Shown: piece after piece, positions 8,079-17,699 of the stretch
Position numbering within the stretch: position 1 is the stretch's first letter
Layout of the letters: the number at the start of each line of letters is the position of its first letter
Origin: Bacteroidota bacterium
GTDB lineage: Bacteria; Bacteroidota; Bacteroidia; Flavobacteriales_D; JABDKJ01
Assembly: GCA_039028335.1 (NCBI GenBank)
Contig: JBCCIF010000003.1
Span: 19,349 to 83,348 of the forward strand
Direction: 5' to 3'
Length of the DNA: 64,000 nt
Translations under genes and position numbers: made by a program
The notes under the pieces: generated by a model
The model's database searches: none
Told to the model about the DNA's origin: nothing
What the model saw: only the letters and a program-made list of their open reading frames with translations

Positions 8079-11000
8079 ATGAAAAATATACTGTCCATAT
8101 TATTTCTGGCCAGTTTTGTTAGCATCAGTGGACAAGACTACGGTAATGAATGGATCAATTATGGGCAAATTTATTATGAGTTTAAGATAGCCGAGGATGG
8201 AGTTTACCGTATTAATCAATCTACATTGCAAAATGCTGGCCTCCCTCTTTCTGCCGTTGATATAAGCAATTTTCAAGTCTTTGCTAAAGAAAAGGAGATA
8301 CCACTCTATGTTTTTGACGAAAACGGAAATGGCACTTTAGATCCCGGAGATTACATTGAGTTTTTTGGAGAACAAAATGACGGCTGGATCGAAGAGGGAC
8401 TTTACGGAGGAGCTGAACTTCAAAACAATCCTTATTACAGCTTATACAATGATACATTGCTTTATTTTCTCACTTGGAATGACACAGATTTGGGTTTGCG
8501 TTTTGAAGAGGAAAACAGTGACAATGTAGAAAGTTTTTCTCCCTTAAGTCATGTTCTCAAATATAGCCTTGTTGAATACACTCAAAATTATTACGAAGGC
8601 CAATTGGATAACGCCAATACCTCTTTGACTGAATACACTCCTGGCGAAGGATGGTCAGGAAATAGATTTGGCAAAGGATTGAATTTGATATTCGATGTAT
8701 CTGTGCCCACTCCAAATGCCTATTCAGGTGGAGGTGCACCGAATGCAATTGTGCGCTCTTCATCTGCGAGCCATTCGGACAGTGGAATAGATAATACAGG
8801 AAATTACAATCACTGGTTATTGGTCAAACATGGCAATACCGAAGTTGCTAATTTGCAATTCGCTGGATATCAATTGAACAATGTTGACTTTACCATTCCT
8901 GCCAATGCACTCGGGGACGCAAATACCACAATTAGGCATGAAGTAGTCGACACAGATAATGATCCCTTATGGACAGGGGTCATAACTGATTATCATTCCG
9001 TGAATTATGTTGACATTACTTATCCGCATACCTTGGATTTCTCAAACTCGTCCTATTTTGAGTTTCAGATTCCATTCAATTTTAATAATGGACTGAGTCG
9101 TATCGATATTGAAAATTTCAATGCCATTGAACCCATTATCTATGTGACATCGAATTCTCCCAAAAGGATTGAAGTAATCAATGACAATGGCATTTTCAAA
9201 GGACTTATTCCAAATCAAAGTGGAAGTATTAATTCGGAATGCGTAGTTATAGATGAAAGTGAGATCAAGATAATTAGTTCGGTAGAAAAAGTGAGTAGCA
9301 GTGGACTATTTACAAATTTTATCAGTAACGAATTAGATTCTGCATTCATTATCATCAGCCATAGTTCATTGATGACCTCTGCTCAAAATTATGCAGGGTA
9401 TCGACAATCTCAAGGACTTGATGTTCTGTTGGTAGATGCAAATGATTTGTATAAGCAATATGGAGGTGGAGTTGAGAAGTGCCCAATAGCCTTTAGACGC
9501 TTTGCCGATCAGTTAATTGACAATTGGTCAAGTTCTCCATCTCATTTGTTTCTCTTGGGCAAATCTATACGTCAAGCTCGAGAATCAACTTTGGGAGCGC
9601 GAAAAGATGAAATTCAATTTCATAAAAATCTCGTTCCCTCTCTCGGATATCCTTGCAGTGATATTTCCATAACGGCTGGCCTAAATTCCACAATACTTGA
9701 ACCGACTATTCCCACTGGAAGGTTGGCGGCTACAAACGATCAACAAGTTTTAGATTACTTATCTAAGGTGATAAAATTTGAGCAGCAGCAGAATGCATTA
9801 TGGAAAAAACACATTTTACATTTTGGAGGGGGGAACAACTTAGACGAACAAACTGACTTCAGAAATTATTTAGAAAATTTTGCCTTCACTGCAGCTGACA
9901 CCTTGTGGGGTGCCAAAGCATTTGGGTTCTACAAAGATTCTTCCTTGCCCATTTCGGTGAATACAAATGACTCTATTGAGTCATTGATTAGTGAAGGCGT
10001 TTCTTTGATGACCTTTTTTGGCCATGCGTATGCAGGAGGATTCGATCAAGATATCGAAAACCCTGCTAATATTGATTGGAATGACAAATTCCCTCTGGTT
10101 GTAGGAAACTCTTGTTTTACAGGTGATATTCATCAACCAGATGCTCCAAGCACAAGCGAAGAATTTGTTCTTTTGGCAGATAAGGGAGCAATTGGATTTT
10201 TATCCTCCGTAAAACTTGGTTATGCACTCAGTTTACAACAGTATACTGGAGAGCTTTATCAGCAATTTGCATCGAAATCTTACAATAAAAGTATAGGTCA
10301 ACAAATTCAGGCAACCATTAAAGAAATTCAGGGTTCAGGTCAAAATTTCTTTACAAAGAATGTGACGCAAAGTATGACATTGCAGGGTGACCCCTCTCTA
10401 GTTTTAAATACTGTACCCAAACCCGATTTGTCCATCTCACTCGAGCAAATTTCTTTTGAACCTCAATTGGTAACTTTACAAGCTGATTCATTTGACGTCA
10501 GAGTTGTGGTTCACAATATAGGTCGAACCACGAATGAAACATTTACAATCGAACTCAATCGTCATTTACCAGGGTCGGTGCAAACGGAGACTTATGCACA
10601 AGAGCTAAATGGCTCCTTCTATTCAGACACTGTCGTTTTTCGTTTGCCTGTTGATCAAGCCAATGGCACTGGAATTAATCTTTTTGACTGTTTCGTTGAC
10701 CTTCCTTCTGATGTTGTTGACGAAATGGATAATTTGAATAACAATACAGTCATTGGAAAGTCTTTAAACATTACGGCAGGAGGTGTCATTCCTATTTTCC
10801 CTTACAACTATGCCGTTTTTCCGAATAATACTGTGACATTGAAGGCCAGTACCGGAGATGTTTTTGCTTCGAATAAATTCTATACTTTTCAGTTGGATAC
10901 GAATGATACATATTCAAGTCCATCATTCTTGTCTTCTACACTAAGCCACCCAGGTGGAGTTATCAATTGGACTCCGCCAATCACATTAAGCGATAGTACA

Positions 11001-13139
11001 GTTTATTTTTGGCGCGTTGGAGAATTAGAAGATGGTCAAGTAGAAAATTGGATCGAAAGCAGCTTTCAATACATCCAAAATAAAGAGGGTTGGGGTCAAG
11101 CCCATTTCAAGCAGTTTAAGAATAACAGGTTCAATTTAATTGAACAAAATATTCCCGATAGAGAATTCGATTTTTTTGATGGAAATAAGGAATTGAATTG
11201 CACTGTTTTTGGCAATTCCATTTCATTAAGCACAGGTTACTCTATAGATGGAGAAGTGCAAGAATATGCCCTTTGTTTTCCTTTACCTGGAATTGCCGTT
11301 GCCGTCATTGATCCTGTAACCCTAGAACCATGGACAACCGGAGAATATAGTTTTGGGAATTTCAATACGTACGATCCCATAAGCGACCAAGGTGTTTGTC
11401 GAAATCGAGCTGAATTGTATTTTCTTTTCAGACAATTTGAAACTGATCAAATGGCTGGCTTAAGAGACATGCTCGAAGACTCTGTTCCTGATGGCCATTA
11501 TATCCTAATTTATTCTTTACGCTACATGAGCCAGGCTGACTGGAATGATCATGCCCCATTTATTTATACCACTTTTAATGATTTGGGGATGAATGAAATT
11601 ACTGCAAATCAGGATTCAGTCCCTTTCATTTTCTTCACGCGCAAGGGGTTTCCTGGAAGCGAATTAAGCGAAATTGGTCTAGAGACCAATTCAGTTATCG
11701 AACTTTCAGGACCACTTGAAATTTCTGGTGAGTTCGGTGACATAACCGCAATTAGTGCTGGACCCACAGCGAATTGGGAAAGCATGCACTGGAAATCTTC
11801 CACACAGGATATTATCAACGAAGACAGCCTAGGAATAGAACTTTTTGGAGTTAATACAAATGGAACAAATCTGTTGTTAGAGAGCTACAGTTCTTTAGCA
11901 GGAGAAGATCTCGATCTTCTTCCCCTGCAAAGCGGAAATCAAATGAGAGCATTTCTAAAAGCGAATATTGCTGATGACTTGAATATGACACCTGCTCAAT
12001 TGGAAAGCTGGCATTTGCTCTATGAATCTGCTCCAGAGTCCGCAATAAATCCTGCTATTTCCTTTGAATTTTATGGAGAAGAAATTCGTGAAGGAGAAGT
12101 TATTCGGTTTCATACTGCAATTGAAAACATTAGCAACAAAGACATGGATAGTCTCCTCGTAAATTATTGGATTCAAGATCAGTCAGGAACGAATCATCCA
12201 ATTGAATATCCGCGTCAAGCACCTTTATTAGCAGGTGAAATTTTGATAGATACCATTAGCGTCAATTCATTTGGTTATCCCGGGCAGAATACCTTTTGGA
12301 TTGAAGTCAACCCGAGAGATCTGACAACTGGAGAATTTGATCAATTGGAACAGTACCACTTTAATAATATTGCTCAGATCCAATTCAACGTTGATGAGGA
12401 CAAAACCAACCCATTATTGGATGTGACTTTTGACGGACTGCACATTCTCGATGGAGAAATAGTCTCACCATCACCTGAAATTCATATAGCATTGGACGAT
12501 GAAAATCCATTTCTCTTGATGAATGAAGAAGCAGATACTTCATTCTTTTCTGTATTTCTTAGTCCAGAAGGCAGCACAGAACCCATACCTATTCGATTCA
12601 GAAATAGCACAGGAGAAGAACTAATGCAATTTGTTCCGGCCAATTCTACAGCTAATAAATCAAGTATATTTTTTCAACCTAAGGAATTGGCTGATGGCAA
12701 CTACACACTTATTGTCATCGCATCAGATAAATCAGGAAATGAAAGCGGAGACATCAACTATAAAATCAGTTTTGAAGTGATCAATGCTTCGATGATTTCT
12801 GAGGTAATGAATTATCCTAATCCCTTTAGCACACGCACACAATTCGTTTTTACTTTGACTGGAAGTGAAATTCCTGATTATTTCAAAATTGAGATTATGA
12901 CAATAAGTGGAAGAGTAGTTAAAGAGATTTTTAAGGAAGACCTTGGAGACTTGCGTATTGGGCGAAACATTACCGACTACTATTGGGATGGAACAGACAA
13001 TTTTGGTGATCAGCTTGCCAATGGAGTCTATCTCTATCGTGTTATTACTCGAATGAACGATTCGGATGTTACTAAAATGGAGAGCAATGTTCAGCAGTTC
13101 TTCAATAATGGCTTTGGGAAGATGTATTTGATGCGTTAA
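8079..13139 (+). CDS. PorU-like peptidase C25 (gingipain-family) T9SS sortase homologue, long form (1686 aa)
   Basis: Has a signal peptide and an N-terminal YGNEWINYGQIYYEFKI..DGVYRI module. The C25-like core has candidate catalytic His (FFGHAYAGG, codon 10023-10025) and Cys (VVGNSCFTGD, codon 10113-10115). The C-terminal type A-like CTD (12807-13136) reads NYPNPFSTRTQFVFTL...NGVYLYRV. Confidence 0.75.
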   Translation: MKNILSILFLASFVSISGQDYGNEWINYGQIYYEFKIAEDGVYRINQSTLQNAGLPLSAVDISNFQVFAKEKEIPLYVFDENGNGTLDPGDYIEFFGEQNDGWIEEGLYGGAELQNNPYYSLYNDTLLYFLTWNDTDLGLRFEEENSDNVESFSPLSHVLKYSLVEYTQNYYEGQLDNANTSLTEYTPGEGWSGNRFGKGLNLIFDVSVPTPNAYSGGGAPNAIVRSSSASHSDSGIDNTGNYNHWLLVKHGNTEVANLQFAGYQLNNVDFTIPANALGDANTTIRHEVVDTDNDPLWTGVITDYHSVNYVDITYPHTLDFSNSSYFEFQIPFNFNNGLSRIDIENFNAIEPIIYVTSNSPKRIEVINDNGIFKGLIPNQSGSINSECVVIDESEIKIISSVEKVSSSGLFTNFISNELDSAFIIISHSSLMTSAQNYAGYRQSQGLDVLLVDANDLYKQYGGGVEKCPIAFRRFADQLIDNWSSSPSHLFLLGKSIRQARESTLGARKDEIQFHKNLVPSLGYPCSDISITAGLNSTILEPTIPTGRLAATNDQQVLDYLSKVIKFEQQQNALWKKHILHFGGGNNLDEQTDFRNYLENFAFTAADTLWGAKAFGFYKDSSLPISVNTNDSIESLISEGVSLMTFFGHAYAGGFDQDIENPANIDWNDKFPLVVGNSCFTGDIHQPDAPSTSEEFVLLADKGAIGFLSSVKLGYALSLQQYTGELYQQFASKSYNKSIGQQIQATIKEIQGSGQNFFTKNVTQSMTLQGDPSLVLNTVPKPDLSISLEQISFEPQLVTLQADSFDVRVVVHNIGRTTNETFTIELNRHLPGSVQTETYAQELNGSFYSDTVVFRLPVDQANGTGINLFDCFVDLPSDVVDEMDNLNNNTVIGKSLNITAGGVIPIFPYNYAVFPNNTVTLKASTGDVFASNKFYTFQLDTNDTYSSPSFLSSTLSHPGGVINWTPPITLSDSTVYFWRVGELEDGQVENWIESSFQYIQNKEGWGQAHFKQFKNNRFNLIEQNIPDREFDFFDGNKELNCTVFGNSISLSTGYSIDGEVQEYALCFPLPGIAVAVIDPVTLEPWTTGEYSFGNFNTYDPISDQGVCRNRAELYFLFRQFETDQMAGLRDMLEDSVPDGHYILIYSLRYMSQADWNDHAPFIYTTFNDLGMNEITANQDSVPFIFFTRKGFPGSELSEIGLETNSVIELSGPLEISGEFGDITAISAGPTANWESMHWKSSTQDIINEDSLGIELFGVNTNGTNLLLESYSSLAGEDLDLLPLQSGNQMRAFLKANIADDLNMTPAQLESWHLLYESAPESAINPAISFEFYGEEIREGEVIRFHTAIENISNKDMDSLLVNYWIQDQSGTNHPIEYPRQAPLLAGEILIDTISVNSFGYPGQNTFWIEVNPRDLTTGEFDQLEQYHFNNIAQIQFNVDEDKTNPLLDVTFDGLHILDGEIVSPSPEIHIALDDENPFLLMNEEADTSFFSVFLSPEGSTEPIPIRFRNSTGEELMQFVPANSTANKSSIFFQPKELADGNYTLIVIASDKSGNESGDINYKISFEVINASMISEVMNYPNPFSTRTQFVFTLTGSEIPDYFKIEIMTISGRVVKEIFKEDLGDLRIGRNITDYYWDGTDNFGDQLANGVYLYRVITRMNDSDVTKMESNVQQFFNNGFGKMYLMR

Positions 13140-13234
13140 TCTCCAATGCTCAAAGAGACCTTGAAATGGAGAATAAAAATGGATAGATAGAAATTCCATC
13201 TGTTTGAAATATATTTGAGGCCTATTATTTCAAC

Positions 13235-14185
13235 ATGTCGAAAATTCAACTCATTAATAATCCTAATGAATTAGGCGCAGGAACGCGAGGCTCTAGTATG
13301 GGATTCGATGCTCTTCAAATTGCCGCTTTGAATAAAAGGAGCACTTTTTTCAAGAGGTATGAAACAAATGCACTTTCTAATTATAAAGATCGATTAATCG
13401 ATGACAGTCCCTACCTAAATTCAAAATATATTGATGGAATCCAATTGATTCACAAGGAACTTTCTGAGCTCATCTCAAAGACCATTCAAGAAAAGAAATT
13501 TCCATTTATTATATCGGGAGATCATTCGAATGCCGCTGGAACGATAAAGGGGATTAAATCGGCATTTCCGGATAAAAAATTAGGCGCAATTTGGGTTGAT
13601 GCTCATGCAGATTTACATACGCCCTTTACGAGCCCATCAGGAAATATTCATGGAATGCCTCTGGCAATCGCACTTGGTTTGCAAGAAGAGGAAAATGCTA
13701 AGAATAAAATCTCTGACGCTGAAAAAGAACAATGGAACAGACTCATCGGAACTGCTCCTGGTATTCAAAAAGAGCATTTGGTATTCATCGGGTTACGAGA
13801 TACGGAGATAGAAGAAGATGATTTCATTAAAAACTCATCCATTAAAAATATTTCTGTGACGGAATCAAGGATTCAGGGGTTTGAAAAAACATGCCAAGAC
13901 ATTTTCGACTACTTGCAAGACATTGATTTACTTTATATTTCATTCGATGTTGATTCTATGGATTGCAATGCCGTTTCGTACGGCACCGGCACGCCTGTTC
14001 CTGGAGGATTTACGCGACAGGAAAGCGAAAAATTACTTTTGCAACTTATTAAGCATCCGAAATTATGTTGTTTTGAAATTACAGAAATCAATCCCTGCCT
14101 GGACAACAAAGGCAATGCCATGGCGGAGAACAGCATGGAAATCATAGAAAAACTTAGCCGTTCGTTAGATGAACTTCATGCCTGA
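13235..14185 (+). CDS. Arginase/ureohydrolase-family enzyme (likely arginase)
   Basis: Carries the Mn-binding motifs of the family: SGDHS, WVDAHADLHTP and SFDVDSMD. Length is 316 aa. Confidence 0.75.
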   Translation: MSKIQLINNPNELGAGTRGSSMGFDALQIAALNKRSTFFKRYETNALSNYKDRLIDDSPYLNSKYIDGIQLIHKELSELISKTIQEKKFPFIISGDHSNAAGTIKGIKSAFPDKKLGAIWVDAHADLHTPFTSPSGNIHGMPLAIALGLQEEENAKNKISDAEKEQWNRLIGTAPGIQKEHLVFIGLRDTEIEEDDFIKNSSIKNISVTESRIQGFEKTCQDIFDYLQDIDLLYISFDVDSMDCNAVSYGTGTPVPGGFTRQESEKLLLQLIKHPKLCCFEITEINPCLDNKGNAMAENSMEIIEKLSRSLDELHA

Positions 14186-15122
14186 GCAATGCACATCACG
14201 TATTGTGATGATTCGGCCAGCGGGATTTCGCATGAATGAACAAACTGCTTTCAACAACTATTATCAAAGCAATACGAGCAGCCTTAATTCCTCTGAAATC
14301 GTTCTTAAAGCTCTAGAAGAATTTGATGCTTTCGTCCTACAACTGCGACAAGCAGGAGTTGAAGTAAACGTATTCCAAGACTCGGAGTCTCCAAGTACAC
14401 CAGATGCTTTGTTCCCTAATAATTGGATGAGTTTTCATGCTAATGGAACTGTGGCGCTTTATCCTATGTTTGCTGAGAATCGGAGAAAAGAAAGGCGTAT
14501 GGACATTTTCGACTCGCTGAAAAAAGAGGGATTTGAAATTTCAGAATTTATTGATTTCTCGAGTAGTGAAGAAGATGAGAAATATATGGAGGGAACAGGA
14601 AGTTTAGTCTTGGACCGTAAAAATAAAATTGCCTACGCTGCACTTTCGGAACGAACACATAGAGAAATTGTAGAAATGGTATGCCAAAAATTGGGCTTTC
14701 GTCCCGTTCTATTTACCGCCCTGCAAACGGTCGCTAGTAAGCGACTTCCGATTTACCACACGAATGTAATGATGTCAATTGGAAATGAATTGGCAATGAT
14801 CTGTTTAGAATGTATTGATGACCTATATGAAAGAGAAAGTTTAAAAGGAAGTTTAATTCAAAGTGGTAAATCGATTATTGAATTGAGCGAAGCTCAAATC
14901 AATGCGTTTGCAGGCAACATGCAGCAACTCAAATCGAAGTCAGGTAAAGATCTAATTGTAATGTCTAGCCAGGCCTACAAATCCCTTAAGGCGGATCAAA
15001 TCTTCAAGATTGAATCAAAAGCCTCGATTGTTCACAGCCCGCTATACCTTATCGAAGAACTAGGAGGTGGCAGTGCACGTTGTATGATTGCTGAAAATTT
15101 CCTTCCGAAGAGAATTAAATAA
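14169..15122 (+). CDS. ctlX: Guanidino-group-modifying enzyme superfamily protein, CtlX-like (citrulline utilization hydrolase / arginine deiminase-related)
   Basis: N-terminus IVMIRPAGFRMNEQTAFNNYYQ and C-terminal nucleophile motif GGGSARCMIAENF. It overlaps the arginase-family gene 3' end. The start could instead be the ATG at 14178. Confidence 0.65.
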   Translation: MNFMPEQCTSRIVMIRPAGFRMNEQTAFNNYYQSNTSSLNSSEIVLKALEEFDAFVLQLRQAGVEVNVFQDSESPSTPDALFPNNWMSFHANGTVALYPMFAENRRKERRMDIFDSLKKEGFEISEFIDFSSSEEDEKYMEGTGSLVLDRKNKIAYAALSERTHREIVEMVCQKLGFRPVLFTALQTVASKRLPIYHTNVMMSIGNELAMICLECIDDLYERESLKGSLIQSGKSIIELSEAQINAFAGNMQQLKSKSGKDLIVMSSQAYKSLKADQIFKIESKASIVHSPLYLIEELGGGSARCMIAENFLPKRIK

Positions 15123-15205
15123 AATCGCCTTTATCTTCCTTTTCTTAACCAAGCTTTTAGAATGGCCATGGCACACTATTTGAATTAGCATTCTAAAGTT
15201 TAGCC

Positions 15206-15997
15206 ATGAAATATTTTTACCTATTTGTTCTAATGATGCTTTCTTCTTCCATTCATGCTGAAAAATATGAAAGGTCTCTTCAAGAAATTGCACAAGAAAT
15301 TGCCCTTTTGGTCGAAAAGCGAGGTTTTGAAAAGGTCGCCATATTAAATTTTCAGTCTATTAATGACAGCCAAGAACATGTCTCTAAACCATTGACCGAA
15401 GATTTTTCGGTGCATTTTACGAATGCAACACATTCACTCAAAATTTATGATCGACAACATATAGAAGCTTTGACGAACGAACTTAAATTGCAGCAAAGCG
15501 GATTGATGGCCCCTCAAACTGCCAAGAAAATTGGCTCTTTCACTGGGGTAGAGGCCATCGTGATCGGCAATTATGCAGTGCACAAGAACAAAGTGAAGCT
15601 ATGGATAAAAGTTATTGAAACCGAGTCTGCTTTTCAGATCGCTATGAAAAACGCACTGCTCCCTTGGCAAGCTAAGAATTACAAAAGCCTCAACAATGAG
15701 AAAGCATCAATTCATTCTTCGAAAATCAACAGTCCCGCAAAAGGAAAAGGAAAACTCAAAATAATCAACCGCAAGGCTTCGCATTTGAGACTAATTCTGA
15801 CAAATGATGAATTTTCTAAAGAAGTAAAAGTCGGCAGAAAATCTGCCATTGAGGTTCTCAACATACCAAGGGGAATTTATTCCTGTGAAATCTATTTTCA
15901 ATCGGGCGATTTATTTCAAAAATTCGATGTGAAAGTGAGTAAAAAAATGGAGCGAATAAAAATTCACGGTTACAGTATTTTTAGCACGATCTACTAG
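15206..15997 (+). CDS. Hypothetical secreted protein (N-terminal FlgO/LpoB-like fold suspected)
   Basis: Has a signal peptide. The pattern VAILNF......SKPLTEDF...IYDRQHIEALTNELKLQQSGLM...AKKIGSFTGVEAIVIGNY resembles FlgO/LpoB-type periplasmic domains. This is weak recognition only. Confidence 0.4.
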   Translation: MKYFYLFVLMMLSSSIHAEKYERSLQEIAQEIALLVEKRGFEKVAILNFQSINDSQEHVSKPLTEDFSVHFTNATHSLKIYDRQHIEALTNELKLQQSGLMAPQTAKKIGSFTGVEAIVIGNYAVHKNKVKLWIKVIETESAFQIAMKNALLPWQAKNYKSLNNEKASIHSSKINSPAKGKGKLKIINRKASHLRLILTNDEFSKEVKVGRKSAIEVLNIPRGIYSCEIYFQSGDLFQKFDVKVSKKMERIKIHGYSIFSTIY

Positions 15998-16049
15998 CTT
16001 AAAGAGTCTATTCTAAGAGAAAGCAGCAAAGATTGTGTTTATTCATGGT

Positions 16050-17699
16050 ATGAAATATTCGTTGGCACTTCTAATCACATTGTTAACAACAGGCATTTGC
16101 AGTCAAGTTCTTGATGGGAGGAAAGCAAAATTCGATCGACAAGACACCTTGAGAGGGAGCATCACACCAGAAAGAATTTGGTGGGACTTGACCTATTACC
16201 ACCTCAATATTGCTGTTGACCTCGAGAGCCGAGAATTCAAAGGTTTTGTTGATGTGCACTATAGGGTAATGTCGAAGCAAGACAGGCTTCAAATAGACTT
16301 GCAAGAACCCTTAGTGATCGACAAAGTCATTCAAAATGGAAAGAAATTGACTCTTGAAAAAGAGGGCAATGCACATTTTATTCTATTGAAAGAAGATCAT
16401 GCTTTGAACGATTTAAAGAGCTTGCGGGTTCACTATTCGGGCATACCTAGAAAGGCAATTCGGGCACCATGGGATGGGGGTGTTTCATGGACCAAGGATA
16501 ACAATGGAAAAGCATTTGTTGCAACTTCCTGCCAAGGACTGGGAGCCAGTGTTTGGTGGCCATGCAAAGATCATATGTACGATGAGGTTGATAGCATGCT
16601 AATAAGTATTAATGTGCCCGATCCTTATATAAACGTTTCTAATGGGCGATTAAGGACTACAGAAAAATTGAAGGATGGAACAAGCACATATCATTGGTTC
16701 GTAAACAATCCTATCAATAATTATGGAGTGAATATCAACATTGGTGACTATGTCAATTGGAATGAGAAGTATAATGGAGAAGCAGGTGAATTGGATTTGG
16801 ACTACTATGTTTTGAGAGACAATCTAAATGCATCTAAAGAGCAATTCAAACAGGTACCTCAAATGATGGAAGCTTTCGAACATTGGTTTGGCCCGTATCC
16901 CTTCTACGATGACAGCTTCAAGCTTGTGGAAGCTCCTTATTTGGGCATGGAGCATCAAAGTTCAGTTACTTATGGCAATGGATATCAGAATGGATATTTA
17001 GGTCGCGATTTAAGCGGCTCGGGTTGGGGACTTAAGTTTGATTTTATTATCATACATGAAGCAGGTCATGAATGGTTTGCAAATAACATTACTTATAAAG
17101 ACATAGCTGACATGTGGATTCATGAAGGGTTTACCGCATATTCGGAATCTTTGTTTGTTGAATATCACTATGGCAAAGAAGCAGGTGCTGATTATGTTGT
17201 CGGAACACGGAGAAGCATCAATAACGATCGACCGATTATTGGCGATTACGATGTAAATTCAGAAGGCTCGGGGGACATGTATTACAAGGGAAGTAACCTC
17301 CTTCATACCTTGAGACAAATTGTTGGAGATGATGATCTTTGGCGACAGACCTTAAGAAAAATGAACGAAATCTATCGTCATCAAACCGTGAGTAGTTCTG
17401 AAATTGAGCAGTTCATGGCGAATGAATTCAATCTTAAGCTCAACAAATTTTTTGATCAGTATTTACGAACCAATGACATACCTGTTCTTGAGTATTTCGT
17501 ACAGAATGGGAAAATTCATAGCCGATGGATGAATACGGTAAGGAGATTTTCTATTCCCATAGAAATTCAAGTGGGTAATGAGAATATGACTATACAACCG
17601 AAGAATTTTTGGACAATTGATGACCTGAATGGCGCTGAGGGAGAAATTAAAATTAACCGGGATTACTATATATATGCACGAAATATATTAGAGGGTTAG
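16050..17699 (+). CDS. M1-family zinc metallopeptidase (aminopeptidase N-like)
   Basis: HEAGHEWF followed by WIHEGFTAY gives the HExxH+E gluzincin signature. A signal peptide is present from the ATG at 16050 (MKYSLALLITLL). The ORF track starts at the GTG at 16035. Confidence 0.85.
   Translation: MKYSLALLITLLTTGICSQVLDGRKAKFDRQDTLRGSITPERIWWDLTYYHLNIAVDLESREFKGFVDVHYRVMSKQDRLQIDLQEPLVIDKVIQNGKKLTLEKEGNAHFILLKEDHALNDLKSLRVHYSGIPRKAIRAPWDGGVSWTKDNNGKAFVATSCQGLGASVWWPCKDHMYDEVDSMLISINVPDPYINVSNGRLRTTEKLKDGTSTYHWFVNNPINNYGVNINIGDYVNWNEKYNGEAGELDLDYYVLRDNLNASKEQFKQVPQMMEAFEHWFGPYPFYDDSFKLVEAPYLGMEHQSSVTYGNGYQNGYLGRDLSGSGWGLKFDFIIIHEAGHEWFANNITYKDIADMWIHEGFTAYSESLFVEYHYGKEAGADYVVGTRRSINNDRPIIGDYDVNSEGSGDMYYKGSNLLHTLRQIVGDDDLWRQTLRKMNEIYRHQTVSSSEIEQFMANEFNLKLNKFFDQYLRTNDIPVLEYFVQNGKIHSRWMNTVRRFSIPIEIQVGNENMTIQPKNFWTIDDLNGAEGEIKINRDYYIYARNILEG

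Noticed and set aside
12732-13199. A 155-codon minus-strand ORF across the 3' end of the PorU-like gene.
   Set aside because: It is antisense to the well-supported CTD-coding region. It has no signal, no motifs and no plausible promoter context.
15156-15197. A 9-bp inverted repeat, TTTAGAATG ... CATTCTAAA with a 24-nt loop containing GCCATGGC, between the ctlX-like gene and the next gene. It was considered as a terminator or operator.
   Set aside because: The loop is long, there is no T-tract, and the stem is AT-rich. Support is insufficient for a terminator call, so it is left as a possible protein-binding palindrome only.
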